In this document: in pieces, positions 19,053 to 27,795 of the stretch | Numbering within the stretch: the stretch's first letter is position 1 | Layout of the letters: every line of letters starts with the position of its first letter | Source: an uncultured Victivallales bacterium | GTDB taxonomy: Bacteria; Verrucomicrobiota; Kiritimatiellia; UBA8416; CAYOBW01 | DNA: 41,149 nucleotides | Direction: 5' to 3' | Assembly (NCBI GenBank): GCA_964402115.1 | Contig: CAYOBW010000001.1 | Location: 63,645-104,793, forward strand | The notes under the pieces: model-generated | What the model was told of the DNA's origin: nothing | Database searches by the model: none | What the model saw: the letters and a program-made list of their open reading frames with translations, nothing else | Translations under genes and position numbers: made by a program

Positions 19053-21440
19053 CTATTTTGTCTGGAGGCGCAGGACGGTCACCGAGTACGCCGGGAAAGT
19101 GTGGCGAAAGGCGGGGCCCGCGTTGGCGATGGTCTCCTCCCGCGGCGCCACCTTCTGCGGCTCGGCGAAGGAGTTCTCGTCGTCCGGCGAGGCTGAAGTC
19201 AGCACCACGGCCCGGGCCTTGCGGGCGACGCTGGTCGCGCCGCCCAGCTCGATTTCGGTTTCCGCCGGCGCGCCGGCCGCATTCACGACTTTCAAGATCA
19301 CCTCGCCGGTGGCCTGGCTGAGGCCGGCGACGGCATACATGCTCCTGAGGCCTTGGCCGGCGAGGTCGTGGATGAGCTTGCCGTCGAGATAGCAGCGGAC
19401 CCTGCCGCCCGCGAGTTCGACCTTGATGTCGTACCAGCGGTTGACTTCGATGGCGCCCGGGACGCGTGCGCAGTCCAGGCCGCGCATTTCGACCGCGTGG
19501 GCGCTGTTGCCCCAGCCGCCGATGTTCCACCAGGACTTGCTCTTCTCGTCCGGGGCGGCGAAGGTGACGAGAAACCCTTCCGCGCCGCCGAGCTTGCGGG
19601 CCTTGAGCGAGAGGGTGTAGTCCTTCCAATCCTTCTTGCCGGCGTAGGCTCGCGGATCCTGCCCCTTGCCGCTCTGGCGCAGGACGTCGCCATCCCACTT
19701 CCAGTCGCCGCCGGCGAACTTCCAGCCTTTGGTGCCTTCAAACAGCACCTTGCCGTCCTGCGTGACCCGGATGTCCTTGAATTCCGCCTGCGTGCGCCAG
19801 GTGCCGACGCCGACCAGGCCGGCGCGCGTTTCGGTCGATTCCATCGGCGGGGCGGTGACGGTCGCGGGCAGCACCACGTCGCCGCGGTTGCGGCCAAACA
19901 GCGTCTGGACCAGCCAAGAGGGCGTCGCGTAGCTGCGCGCGGCATCGAAGAGAATGGCATTCGGGTTCCAGTGCTTCCAGCCGACGTGCTCGAACAGCGG
20001 CGCGTACGAACACAGGGTCACCACGTCGCCGTTGCGCTCGAGCCCGGTCATGAACGCCGCCTCGCCCAGCGCCGCCTTGAGGTTGCCCCGGCCCGCGCCG
20101 CGCGTCACCGCGTACTCGCCGACGTAGACCTTGTGCGCGGCGCGGTCGTAGGTGTCGTACTTGTCGGCGTTGCGCATGAAGAACTCCGGCGTGTTGTAGT
20201 AGTGCTCGTCGACGATCTCCGATGGGCGGGCGGTGGACGGCACGTAGTCGAGGATCAGGTGCATCTCGGGGTAGCGCTGCTTGATGGCGTCGTGAAACAG
20301 CACGTAGCGCTCCTGGTAGGCCTCGCCGCGGTTCTCGTTGCCGATCTCCAGGTACTTCAGGTTGAACGGCGCCGGGTGGCCGGCCGCGGCGCGGCGGGCG
20401 CCCCACGGCGAGTCGGCCGGCCCGTTGCAGTACTCGATCGCGTCCAAGGCGTCCTGCACGAACTCGCCCATCCGGTCGAGCGGCACGTTCTCCTTGTGCG
20501 ACATGCCGCAGTTGATGACGAACAGCGGCTCGGCGTGCAGCGTCTCGCACAGCAGCAGGTACTCGTGGAAGCCGAGCCCGTCGTTCGAGTAGTAGCCCCA
20601 GCGGTTCCACAGCCCCGGCCGCTCCGCCGCGTCGCCAATCGTGGTCTTCCAGCGGTAGGCGAAGCGCATCTCGTCGCCCTCGACCCAGCAGCCCCCGGGG
20701 AAGCGCACGAAGGCCGGTTGCATGTCGGCCAGGTGCTGCAACAGGTCGGCGCGGAAAAGCTGTCCCTGCGGCATCAGCGATACCATGTCCAGCCAGACCG
20801 TGCCCGCCGTCGCGAGGACCAGCCGCGCGTTCGGCTCCGTGGCCGACGCCTTCAACTCCGCCTGGTAGCGCTTCCAGTCGGCCCCGATGCCGGTCACCTC
20901 GTGCGCGGCCAGCACGCTGCCGTCGGGCCGCTCCAGCGTGACCTGCACCGGCCCCTCGCCGCGCGCAGACAGGGAGAGCTGGTACACTTGCCGCTTCTGC
21001 ACGGCGATGCCGTTGGTCATCTCGCGGACGCCTTTCTCGAAGTCCGGCAGCCATTGCGCCGGATCCACGCCCTGGCGGTAGGGCGCGCCCTTGAAGCCGT
21101 AGCTGGCCGCGCTGGCGCCCGCTTCGAGGCGCAGGCTGGTGGGGTTGCGCGCATGCAGCGGCCTGCTCTTGTCGAGGGCCAGCGGGCCCTCGCCCTTGAC
21201 GCGCACCCAACCCAGCGGCGCCGCCGCATCCTCGAAGGAGCGGTTCTGCACCATTTCGGCATAGAGGCCGCCGTCGCCGGCGCGGTTGATCTCCTCGAAG
21301 AAGATCCCGTAGAGCAGGGGACTGACCCGCACCCCCGGCTTGTCGAACTGAACACGGATGGAGGCTGGCGCGGCAAACGCCAGGCCTGTCAGGCTCATCA
21401 GGCAGACCAGCGCCAACGCGCTGCGGGAACGCTGCTTCAT
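19053..21440 (-). CDS. GH51-like alpha-L-arabinofuranosidase (795 aa) with an inserted DUF1080/LamG-like jelly-roll domain
   Basis: Signal peptide MKQRSRSALALVCLMSLTGLAFA. N-terminal LYGIFFEEINRAGDGGLYAEMVQNRSFE resembles Bacteroidetes-type GH51 enzymes. Catalytic acid/base-type motif LEIGNEN. C-terminal beta-sandwich (GEVILKVVN...FPAYSVTVLRL) is interrupted at aa~540-695 by a DUF1080-like block (TKGWKFAGGDWKWDGDVLRQSG...GFLVTF...WYDIKVELAGGRVRCYLDGKLI). Confidence 0.75.
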   Translation of the reverse strand: MKQRSRSALALVCLMSLTGLAFAAPASIRVQFDKPGVRVSPLLYGIFFEEINRAGDGGLYAEMVQNRSFEDAAAPLGWVRVKGEGPLALDKSRPLHARNPTSLRLEAGASAASYGFKGAPYRQGVDPAQWLPDFEKGVREMTNGIAVQKRQVYQLSLSARGEGPVQVTLERPDGSVLAAHEVTGIGADWKRYQAELKASATEPNARLVLATAGTVWLDMVSLMPQGQLFRADLLQHLADMQPAFVRFPGGCWVEGDEMRFAYRWKTTIGDAAERPGLWNRWGYYSNDGLGFHEYLLLCETLHAEPLFVINCGMSHKENVPLDRMGEFVQDALDAIEYCNGPADSPWGARRAAAGHPAPFNLKYLEIGNENRGEAYQERYVLFHDAIKQRYPEMHLILDYVPSTARPSEIVDEHYYNTPEFFMRNADKYDTYDRAAHKVYVGEYAVTRGAGRGNLKAALGEAAFMTGLERNGDVVTLCSYAPLFEHVGWKHWNPNAILFDAARSYATPSWLVQTLFGRNRGDVVLPATVTAPPMESTETRAGLVGVGTWRTQAEFKDIRVTQDGKVLFEGTKGWKFAGGDWKWDGDVLRQSGKGQDPRAYAGKKDWKDYTLSLKARKLGGAEGFLVTFAAPDEKSKSWWNIGGWGNSAHAVEMRGLDCARVPGAIEVNRWYDIKVELAGGRVRCYLDGKLIHDLAGQGLRSMYAVAGLSQATGEVILKVVNAAGAPAETEIELGGATSVARKARAVVLTSASPDDENSFAEPQKVAPREETIANAGPAFRHTFPAYSVTVLRLQTK

Positions 21441-21550
21441 CGGAGTACTCCTGGGTTATGCGAACCGGTCAATGCACCTGGATGTCCAAATGTGAAATGC
21501 TTCTGTGAAACGGGGCCTTGGTCGTGTAGGTTGTGAGGGGGACGTCGTTG

Positions 21551-23032
21551 TCATGGCCCAGGCAGAAGTCTTCCTGCGGACGGCTTCCCGTTCCGTTTCG
21601 TCTTCGCGCGTGGCGCGTCGTCGCCCGAGACATAGAGCAACGTCGGTTCGGCCACCTGGCCCGCGGGTCGGCGGGCCGCCGGGTTGTTTCCGCCGATCTC
21701 GGCATTCAGCTTATCCGCCAGCGCCTGGAGCTTCGCGACAATGTCCGGATGCTGGCCGGCCACGTTCGTCTTCTCGCCGATCTCCGCAGCGAGGTTGTAG
21801 AGGCGCAGCGCACTGCCGGCCGCGTCCCCGTCCGCGCCTTTGCCCATCGTCTCCTTCTGCGCGGCGACGGCGAGTTTCCAGGGCCCTTGCCGCACGGCTT
21901 GCAGGTGATAGCCGCTGAAGTAGTAGTGCGCCTCGCGCGGCGATTCCCGCGACTTGCCGAACAGCAGCGGCGAGAGGTCCCGGCCATCGATCACCGGCTC
22001 GGCGGGCACCGTTCCGCCGGCGAGCGCAACCGCCGTCGGCAGCAGATCGATCGTGCCGGCGACCGCGTCGCACACGCTGCCGGGGGCGATGCGCCCGGGC
22101 CACCACGCGATGGTGGGTTCGCGCATGCCGCCTTCCCACGTGCTGCCTTTGCCTCCGCGCAGGGGGCCCGCGCTGCCGGCATCGGCGCCTTTGACCAGCC
22201 ACGGTCCGTTGTCGCTGGTGAACACGACGAGCGTGGACCGGTCCAGCTTCAGTTCGCGCAGGGTGTCGAGCACGCGGCCCACGCTCCAGTCCAGTTCCTC
22301 GACCCAGTCGCCGAAGCGCCCGTTGGCGGATTTGCCGGCGAACGCCGCGCCGGGATGAATGGGCGTGTGAACGGCCGTGTGCGGCAGGTAGAGCAGGAAC
22401 GGCCGGCCCGCGCTCTGGCGGATGAAACGCACGGCCTCGTCCGTGTAGCGCTCCACGATGCGGCTCTGATCCTCGTCGGAGAGCAGTTCCTGCACCTTGT
22501 CATCGCGCACGAGCGGAACCACCGGCACGCCCTTCTCGCGCGACTTGCGCTGCATGTCGTTCGAATACGGAATGCCGAAGTAGTGATCGAAGCCCTGCTT
22601 CGTCGGCAGGAAGTCCGGCTGATCGCCGACGTGCCACTTGCCGATGCACATCGTCGCGTAGCCGTGCTCTTTCAGCCGCTCCGCGATCGTGTGCTCCTGC
22701 GGATGCAGCCCGTTGCGGTTGGCGGGACCGAACACGCCCGGCACCGAAACGCGCGCGCCATAGCACCCCGTCAGCAGCTGTGCGCGGGACACCGAACAGA
22801 CCGGTGCGGCGTAGAAGCTCGTCAGCCGCATACCCTCGCTCGCCATCCGGTCAAGGCGGGGTGTCCTCTGCTTCGTGGCGCCGTACGGCCCGATGTCGCC
22901 GTAGCCCATGTCGTCTATGAAGATGATCACGATATTCGGCTTGTCCGCCGGCCCTGGCGCATCGGCGGCCCGCGGCGAGGCCGGCGGAACCAGGAGCAGG
23001 GCGGCGAGGGTCAGGAGGCTGCTGTTTTTCAT
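21551..23032 (-). CDS. Sulfatase (493 aa) with a non-canonical C-S-V-S-R active-site signature
   Basis: Signal peptide MKNSSLLTLAALLLVPPASPRAADA. KPNIVIIFIDDMGYGDIGPYG; signature SFYAAPVCSVSRAQLLTG (codons checked on the minus strand at 22784-22798). Canonical metal/substrate-binding blocks present (GKWHVG, sulfatase C-terminal region). Confidence 0.9.
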   Translation of the reverse strand: MKNSSLLTLAALLLVPPASPRAADAPGPADKPNIVIIFIDDMGYGDIGPYGATKQRTPRLDRMASEGMRLTSFYAAPVCSVSRAQLLTGCYGARVSVPGVFGPANRNGLHPQEHTIAERLKEHGYATMCIGKWHVGDQPDFLPTKQGFDHYFGIPYSNDMQRKSREKGVPVVPLVRDDKVQELLSDEDQSRIVERYTDEAVRFIRQSAGRPFLLYLPHTAVHTPIHPGAAFAGKSANGRFGDWVEELDWSVGRVLDTLRELKLDRSTLVVFTSDNGPWLVKGADAGSAGPLRGGKGSTWEGGMREPTIAWWPGRIAPGSVCDAVAGTIDLLPTAVALAGGTVPAEPVIDGRDLSPLLFGKSRESPREAHYYFSGYHLQAVRQGPWKLAVAAQKETMGKGADGDAAGSALRLYNLAAEIGEKTNVAGQHPDIVAKLQALADKLNAEIGGNNPAARRPAGQVAEPTLLYVSGDDAPRAKTKRNGKPSAGRLLPGP

Positions 23033-23039
23033 TTGCGTG

Positions 23040-23393
23040 CTACTTGACTGTCGGGACCGTGTAGTCGGTCACGGGCGTGCTGTAGTTCGTAAGCGGAATG
23101 CCGTAGTTCTGCTGGGCTGTCCGCTTGTACCGCTCGTGCAGTTCCCGGATCATGCTCTGGCGTTCCTCGAACCACCTGGGATCGCCGATGCGCTTGATCA
23201 CGCCCGTGTGGCTGACGGTATGGCTGCGCGGGCGATAGCCCCCGCGACCGCGCCGGCCGGAGCCGCCCCTGCCACGGCCGCGCGCACTGCGCCTGCCGCC
23301 CTTCCCCTTGGCCTGCGCGGGGGGCGCCAGCGCGAACACAATGGCGCCCACCATGGCGGTCAGGAGAGACCTCAACAGCTGTCTTCTCTTCAC
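23040..23393 (-). CDS. Small secreted Arg/Gly-rich protein (117 aa), hypothetical
   Basis: MKRRQLLRSLLTAMVGAIVFALAPPAQA signal peptide followed by KGKGGRRSARGRGRGGSGRRGRGGYRPR low-complexity basic tract. Begins 8 nt downstream of the sulfatase gene on the same strand, so plausibly co-transcribed. Confidence 0.5.
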   Translation of the reverse strand: MKRRQLLRSLLTAMVGAIVFALAPPAQAKGKGGRRSARGRGRGGSGRRGRGGYRPRSHTVSHTGVIKRIGDPRWFEERQSMIRELHERYKRTAQQNYGIPLTNYSTPVTDYTVPTVK

Positions 23394-23404
23394 GACGACC
23401 TCCT

Positions 23405-23917
23405 CTACGGCTTCTTCTCGAGCCTGTCGTACTGCGTGTCTATCTTGTTATCGAGGTCCGCTATCTCGCGCTGCTTGGCTTCGATGTCGGCCGGTTTGCC
23501 AGCCTTCCCCTCCAGGCGGACGAGGTCCATCTCCGCCAGGACCTTCATATCCTCCAAGGCAAAGATCTGCAGGCACGTTGCGGCTTTGTCGGCGGACGCC
23601 CGCTGCCGATAGTCCTCGTAATCGCGGTACAGGTACACGCGGTCCGAAACAAGGTCGGCAATCTCCGCGCGGAGGTCCTCCTGCTCGGCGGCTTTCGCAC
23701 GCGACAACTTGTCGCCCAGCGCCGTGATCAGCAGCAGAGTGGCGGGACAGCGCTTTTCCATGAACGACTCCAAGGCGCCCGCGTCGAGGCCCTCAAGCCA
23801 CTTCAACTCCTCGCGAACATCCTGCCTGATCGCCTCGAGCCCTTCGCGGACGAAGGGGCCACGGGGAACCAATGGCGCTGCTGCCGCCGCCACGGCGAGA
23901 TTCATCCTTGTCAGCAT
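23405..23917 (-). CDS. Hypothetical protein (~171 aa; helical, charged), possible N-terminal signal/anchor
   Basis: ATG at 23917 (MLTRMNLAVAAAAAPLVP...) with AAGGTGG Shine-Dalgarno 7 nt upstream. The track ORF starts further upstream at a GTG (23941). No recognisable family. Directly upstream (11 nt) of the RG-rich small gene. Confidence 0.5.
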   Translation of the reverse strand: MLTRMNLAVAAAAAPLVPRGPFVREGLEAIRQDVREELKWLEGLDAGALESFMEKRCPATLLLITALGDKLSRAKAAEQEDLRAEIADLVSDRVYLYRDYEDYRQRASADKAATCLQIFALEDMKVLAEMDLVRLEGKAGKPADIEAKQREIADLDNKIDTQYDRLEKKP

Positions 23918-24094
23918 GGCCAGTCCACCTTTCGGTTGCACGATGCTGCGTCGTACTCTGCTCGCTTGCGGACGCCACGCAGCCTTGCACAGATGAGGTT
24001 GTCGTGGTCATTCCAAGCAACGTGTGTATCATTATGGCACCGAGCCGACTGTGTCAACGCACTCGTGTCAGGGAGTTCGGAGAGGAGACATCGG

Positions 24095-25927
24095 ATGAAA
24101 CGAGGTGTGTGGCTGACTCTTTGTGCCCTGCTGCTTTTCCCGCAGGCTGCGCTGCACGCCGACGCTGACCCGGCCAGGAAACCCAACGTCATCGTTGTCC
24201 TTACCGACGACCAGGGGTACGGCGATCTGTCCTGCACAGGCAACCCGGTCCTGCAGACGCCCAACATGGACCGGCTCGCCCGTGAAGGCGCGCGGTTCAG
24301 CAACTTCCACGTGGACAGCTATTGCTCACCAACACGCTCGGCGCTGATGACGGGACGCTACTCCCATCGTGTCGGGGTGTGGGGCACCGTCTGCGGGCGC
24401 AACATGCTACGCGACGACGAGGTGACCATGGCGGATGTTTTCCGCCAAAACGGCTACCGCACCGGCCATTTCGGGAAATGGCACCTCGGCACCAGCTACC
24501 CCTACCGGCCCACGGATCGCGGTTTCGACGAATGGCTTGGGCACGGCGACGGCGGCACCGGTTGCACCACCGACTACTGGGGCAACGACCGCGTCAACGA
24601 CCACTACCTCCATAACGGCGCCTGGGAGGCCGCGCCCCGCACGGGCTACGAAACCGACGTGTTCTTCGAGGCGGCCACCCAGTTCATACGGAACAACAGG
24701 CAACAGCCGTTCTTCGTCTATCTCGCCACGTACAATCCGCACAGCCCGTGCAGCCTTCCCGACCCGCAATGGTCCGCGCCCTACCGGGGCACGGGGGGGC
24801 CGGCGGATTTCTACGCGGCCATCGCCCGGGTGGACGAGAACCTTGGGCGTCTGCGGGCCTTTCTCAAGGCCGAAGGACTCAGCGAGAACACGCTGTTGCT
24901 CTTTCTCAGCGACAACGGCACGGCGGAGGGTGAAAAGGCGTTCAACGCCGGCATGCGCGGCAAGAAGGGTTCGCCTTACGATGGCGGACATCGTGTGCCG
25001 CTTTTCATCCATTGGCCAGCCGGCGGGCTCGACAAGCCGGTGACTGTGGACCGCCTCGCCGCGCACATCGACCTGCTGCCGACTCTGGTGGATCTCTGCG
25101 CCTTGCAGATGTCGAAGCCCGTCCGCTTCGATGGCGTGAGCCTCAGGCCGCTGCTCGCCAATCCCCCGGCAGCTTGGCCGGAACGAACCGTCGTGTTGGG
25201 CACGGTGCCGAACTGCGGCAGCCAAGCCAATCCGCCGCTGCCGCCGTTCGGCCGAAATTGCGCGGTCATGACCGAACGCTGGCGGCTGGTGGAGGATCGG
25301 GAACTCTACGACCTCACGAAAGACCCCGGCCAACGGCACGATGTGGCCGCAGAACATGCCGAAGTGGTCAGCGCGTTGCGCAACGCCTACAAACAGTACT
25401 GGGACAGCGTCAGTGCGGCAGACAAAGGCTGGCGCGGCCGGCCGATCATTGGCTCCTCCAGAGCAGTGGAAACCGAGCTCTGCGCGGAGGATTGGTATCC
25501 CACGCAGGGATCGTGCCCCTGGAATCAGGCCGCCGTGGCTGGCGGCGCAGCCGCCTTCGGCCACTGGACCGTGCGTTTCGCCGAAGCCGGCGCCTATCGC
25601 GTGGAAGTTCGCCGCTGGCCGCGCGAGGCGGAAGCACCGATCTCGGGCATACCCGCCGGAACCAAGACGGTGGACGCCTGTCTCCGCGGCCAGCCCGTGC
25701 GCGGTCTGCTGTACGGCGGATCCCCACGGGCCTTGCCGGTCGCCCGCGCCCGGCTCAAGATCGGTACAAGCGTCCAGGAGGCGGAGGTGGCGGCCCAGGA
25801 CCAGGCAAAAGCCTTCACCGTCACTGTTGACGCTGGGCCCGCGGACGTGGAGGCCTCGCTGCTCGACGGGAATGGTAAACCGCTCTGCGGCGCTTACTAC
25901 GTCAGCATTCGGAGGCACGGCTCGTGA
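24095..25927 (+). CDS. Sulfatase (610 aa), canonical C-S-P-T-R formylglycine motif
   Basis: RBS agaggaga then ATG 24095. Signal peptide MKRGVWLTLCALLLFPQAALHA. PNVIVVLTDDQGYGDLSCTG; motif DSYCSPTRSALMTGRY; GKWHLG; C-terminal sulfatase beta-sandwich. Divergent from the 23405-23917 gene. Confidence 0.9.
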   Translation: MKRGVWLTLCALLLFPQAALHADADPARKPNVIVVLTDDQGYGDLSCTGNPVLQTPNMDRLAREGARFSNFHVDSYCSPTRSALMTGRYSHRVGVWGTVCGRNMLRDDEVTMADVFRQNGYRTGHFGKWHLGTSYPYRPTDRGFDEWLGHGDGGTGCTTDYWGNDRVNDHYLHNGAWEAAPRTGYETDVFFEAATQFIRNNRQQPFFVYLATYNPHSPCSLPDPQWSAPYRGTGGPADFYAAIARVDENLGRLRAFLKAEGLSENTLLLFLSDNGTAEGEKAFNAGMRGKKGSPYDGGHRVPLFIHWPAGGLDKPVTVDRLAAHIDLLPTLVDLCALQMSKPVRFDGVSLRPLLANPPAAWPERTVVLGTVPNCGSQANPPLPPFGRNCAVMTERWRLVEDRELYDLTKDPGQRHDVAAEHAEVVSALRNAYKQYWDSVSAADKGWRGRPIIGSSRAVETELCAEDWYPTQGSCPWNQAAVAGGAAAFGHWTVRFAEAGAYRVEVRRWPREAEAPISGIPAGTKTVDACLRGQPVRGLLYGGSPRALPVARARLKIGTSVQEAEVAAQDQAKAFTVTVDAGPADVEASLLDGNGKPLCGAYYVSIRRHGS

Positions 25928-25991
25928 AAGGCCGCGCCTCCGTTTCTGCCGCCCACCTCGCGATACGCTTCGGCGCCGCAAGGGCGGAGCG

Positions 25992-26903
25992 CTATTTTCC
26001 CATGTCCTTCAGGATCGCCTTCAAACCCAGGAACGAAAGCTCGCTGGCCTTCATGGGCGTCACGTCCTTGGGGTACCACTCCTGCTCGATGGTGATCCAC
26101 TCCGTGCCGCCAACCGTGTAGCACGCGTCGATGACCCCCTTCCAATTCACCGAGTCCTTGCCCAGGATGGGCTCCTTGCCCGCCTCGCCCTGCTTGGCAT
26201 CCGGCTTGAAATGGACGGACTTGGTCCGGCCGGGGTAGCGCTTGATCAGTTCCACGGGGTCGAGTCCCGCGTGGGTGGTCCAGCCGACGTCCTGCTGCAG
26301 CACGACGTCCGCGGGCGTGCGCTCGGCGAAGAGATCCCAGTAGGTCTTGTCCCCGTCCTTGGAGAACTCCTTCGTGTGATTGTGGTAGCCGCAGTAGAGA
26401 CCCTCCGGCTTCAGGGCTGCCGCGGCCTGCGAGAAGGTCTCGGCCAGGGCCTTGCTCTTCTCCGGGTCCGTGAAGGCGCCGTCGCCGGGCACGACGAGGA
26501 ACTTGCAGCCGATCGTCTTATGAAAGGCAATCGTCTTCTGGAGGTTGTCGCCGACTAGGGAGCCGGTGCCAATATGCGTCGCCGCCACTTTCAGTCCCAG
26601 GTCGTCGAGGCGCTTGCGCAAACCCGCCGCGTCGCCGCCGTACTTGTGATAGCCGGCGAACTCGACACCCTCGAAGCCCATCCTGGCCACCTGTTCCATG
26701 GCCGCGTCGAAATCCTTGCCGCAGTCGCCCCGGACCGAATAAAGCTGCAGAGCGATGGGGATGCGCTTGGCCGTGGCCTGGCTGAAGACGCGAACCGGCG
26801 CTGCAAGCGCGGCGGCGCCCAGGGCAGCGAGTTTCAACACATTGCGGCGCGACAGCGCCGAGTTGTCCAAGCTTGACGCCAGATTGCTGATCATGGTGTT
26901 CAT
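25992..26903 (-). CDS. Sugar phosphate isomerase/epimerase (xylose-isomerase-like TIM barrel), Tat-exported
   Basis: GGAGG RBS then ATG at 26903 (MNTMISNLASSLDNSALSRRNVLKLAALGAAALAAPV, twin-arginine motif SRRNVLK). TIM-barrel family blocks (IALQLYSVRGD, GFEGVEF, YCGYHNH). The track ORF's upstream 71 codons are a spurious extension. Confidence 0.8.
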   Translation of the reverse strand: MNTMISNLASSLDNSALSRRNVLKLAALGAAALAAPVRVFSQATAKRIPIALQLYSVRGDCGKDFDAAMEQVARMGFEGVEFAGYHKYGGDAAGLRKRLDDLGLKVAATHIGTGSLVGDNLQKTIAFHKTIGCKFLVVPGDGAFTDPEKSKALAETFSQAAAALKPEGLYCGYHNHTKEFSKDGDKTYWDLFAERTPADVVLQQDVGWTTHAGLDPVELIKRYPGRTKSVHFKPDAKQGEAGKEPILGKDSVNWKGVIDACYTVGGTEWITIEQEWYPKDVTPMKASELSFLGLKAILKDMGK

Positions 26904-27236
26904 ACCCTCCTGTTGTCGTTCATCCTTCCCCGACCGTCCACATGGATGCAAAGCGGGGAGTCTAGTCCGAATGACGAGCCTTGCAAGGCAAGAACGCGAC
27001 AGGCAAGAACACGGTTCGGAGTAACGCAAGGGGGGCGCTAACGGCGGGGACCGCCGTCTCCACGCCCCGTCGCCTGCCCACGCGATGGAGACGGCCGTCC
27101 CGGCCGTTAGTTGCACGGTGAGCCCCCTGCGTCACAGAGGCGTTACGGTTCGGGTAGCGTCGTGAGAAAGACTCTTCGGGGGAAGGCGTGTGGGCGGTAG
27201 CGTGCTGACCCACGGCGTTGGCCAGCCGCGGGCACG

Positions 27237-27268
27237 AAAAAAGGCGGCCCCGCGTGAGCGGGGCCGCC
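27237..27268 (-). terminator. Rho-independent terminator downstream of the RRM gene
   Basis: Perfect 11-bp GC stem ggcggccccgc/gcggggccgcc with 4-nt loop (27243-27268). On the minus strand it is followed immediately by TTTTTT (the A6 run at 27237-27242 on the plus strand). About 47 nt after the stop of the 27315..27614 gene. Confidence 0.85.
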
Positions 27269-27314
27269 TGAGTGTGCTCACCTTAGTCCTTGCGGACCGG
27301 TGTGCGCCGTACGA

Positions 27315-27614
27315 TCAACGACGATCGTGACGGCCGCCGCCACCCGCGCCGTCGCGGGGACGATCCTCGCGGGGCTTGGCTTCGTTGACCGTCAACTTAC
27401 GGCCATCGCAATCCTTGCCGTTCATCTCGGAGACGGCCTTCGTGGCTTCCGCCTGGTTGCCCATCTCGACGAACGCGAAACCGCGGGACTTGCCCGTGAA
27501 CTTGTCCATGATCACGTTGCAGCTTGTGACCGTGCCACAACCTGCGAACAGCGTGCGCAGATCGTCTTCAGTGGTGCTGAATGAGAGGTTTCCTACGAAC
27601 AGTTTAGTCGCCAT
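27315..27614 (-). CDS. RRM-type RNA-binding protein (glycine/arginine-rich tail), 99 aa
   Basis: RNP2 KLFVGNLSF and RNP1 SRGFAFVEM motifs. C-terminal RPRDGAGGGGRHDRR tail. Long (~180 nt) 5' leader upstream. Confidence 0.9.
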   Translation of the reverse strand: MATKLFVGNLSFSTTEDDLRTLFAGCGTVTSCNVIMDKFTGKSRGFAFVEMGNQAEATKAVSEMNGKDCDGRKLTVNEAKPREDRPRDGAGGGGRHDRR

Positions 27615-27795
27615 TGCTTTCCTACCTTGCTGTCTTGGAGGACGAGTTGGGTGAGTGTTTCCGAGTAGCTCGGAATTCGGATCGCACCAACCTGCAACCT
27701 GCGGGCGATGGACTACCTACATCATCACGGACTGTCTAGCTCTAAGAACGAATGGCACGATAGCGCGGCGGCATGGGCAATGCAAGGACAATTTT

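Noticed and set aside
15570-19196. 1208-aa plus-strand ORF overlapping the multidomain sulfatase
   Set aside because: Low-complexity RG/RR-rich translation. The minus-strand frame carries the sulfatase, PA14 and LamG signatures.
19353-21536. 727-aa plus-strand ORF overlapping the GH51 gene
   Set aside because: Shadow ORF. The minus strand has signal peptide, GH51 blocks and the GNE motif.
21533-23047. 504-aa plus-strand ORF overlapping sulfatase 21551..23032
   Set aside because: Shadow ORF. The sulfatase motifs are on the minus strand.
24407-25981. 524-aa minus-strand ORF overlapping sulfatase 24095..25927
   Set aside because: Shadow ORF with no motifs. The plus frame has CSPTR and conserved sulfatase blocks.
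26904-27116. 71-codon upstream extension of the sugar isomerase ORF
   Set aside because: Translation lacks features. The GGAGG RBS plus Tat signal begin at ATG 26903.
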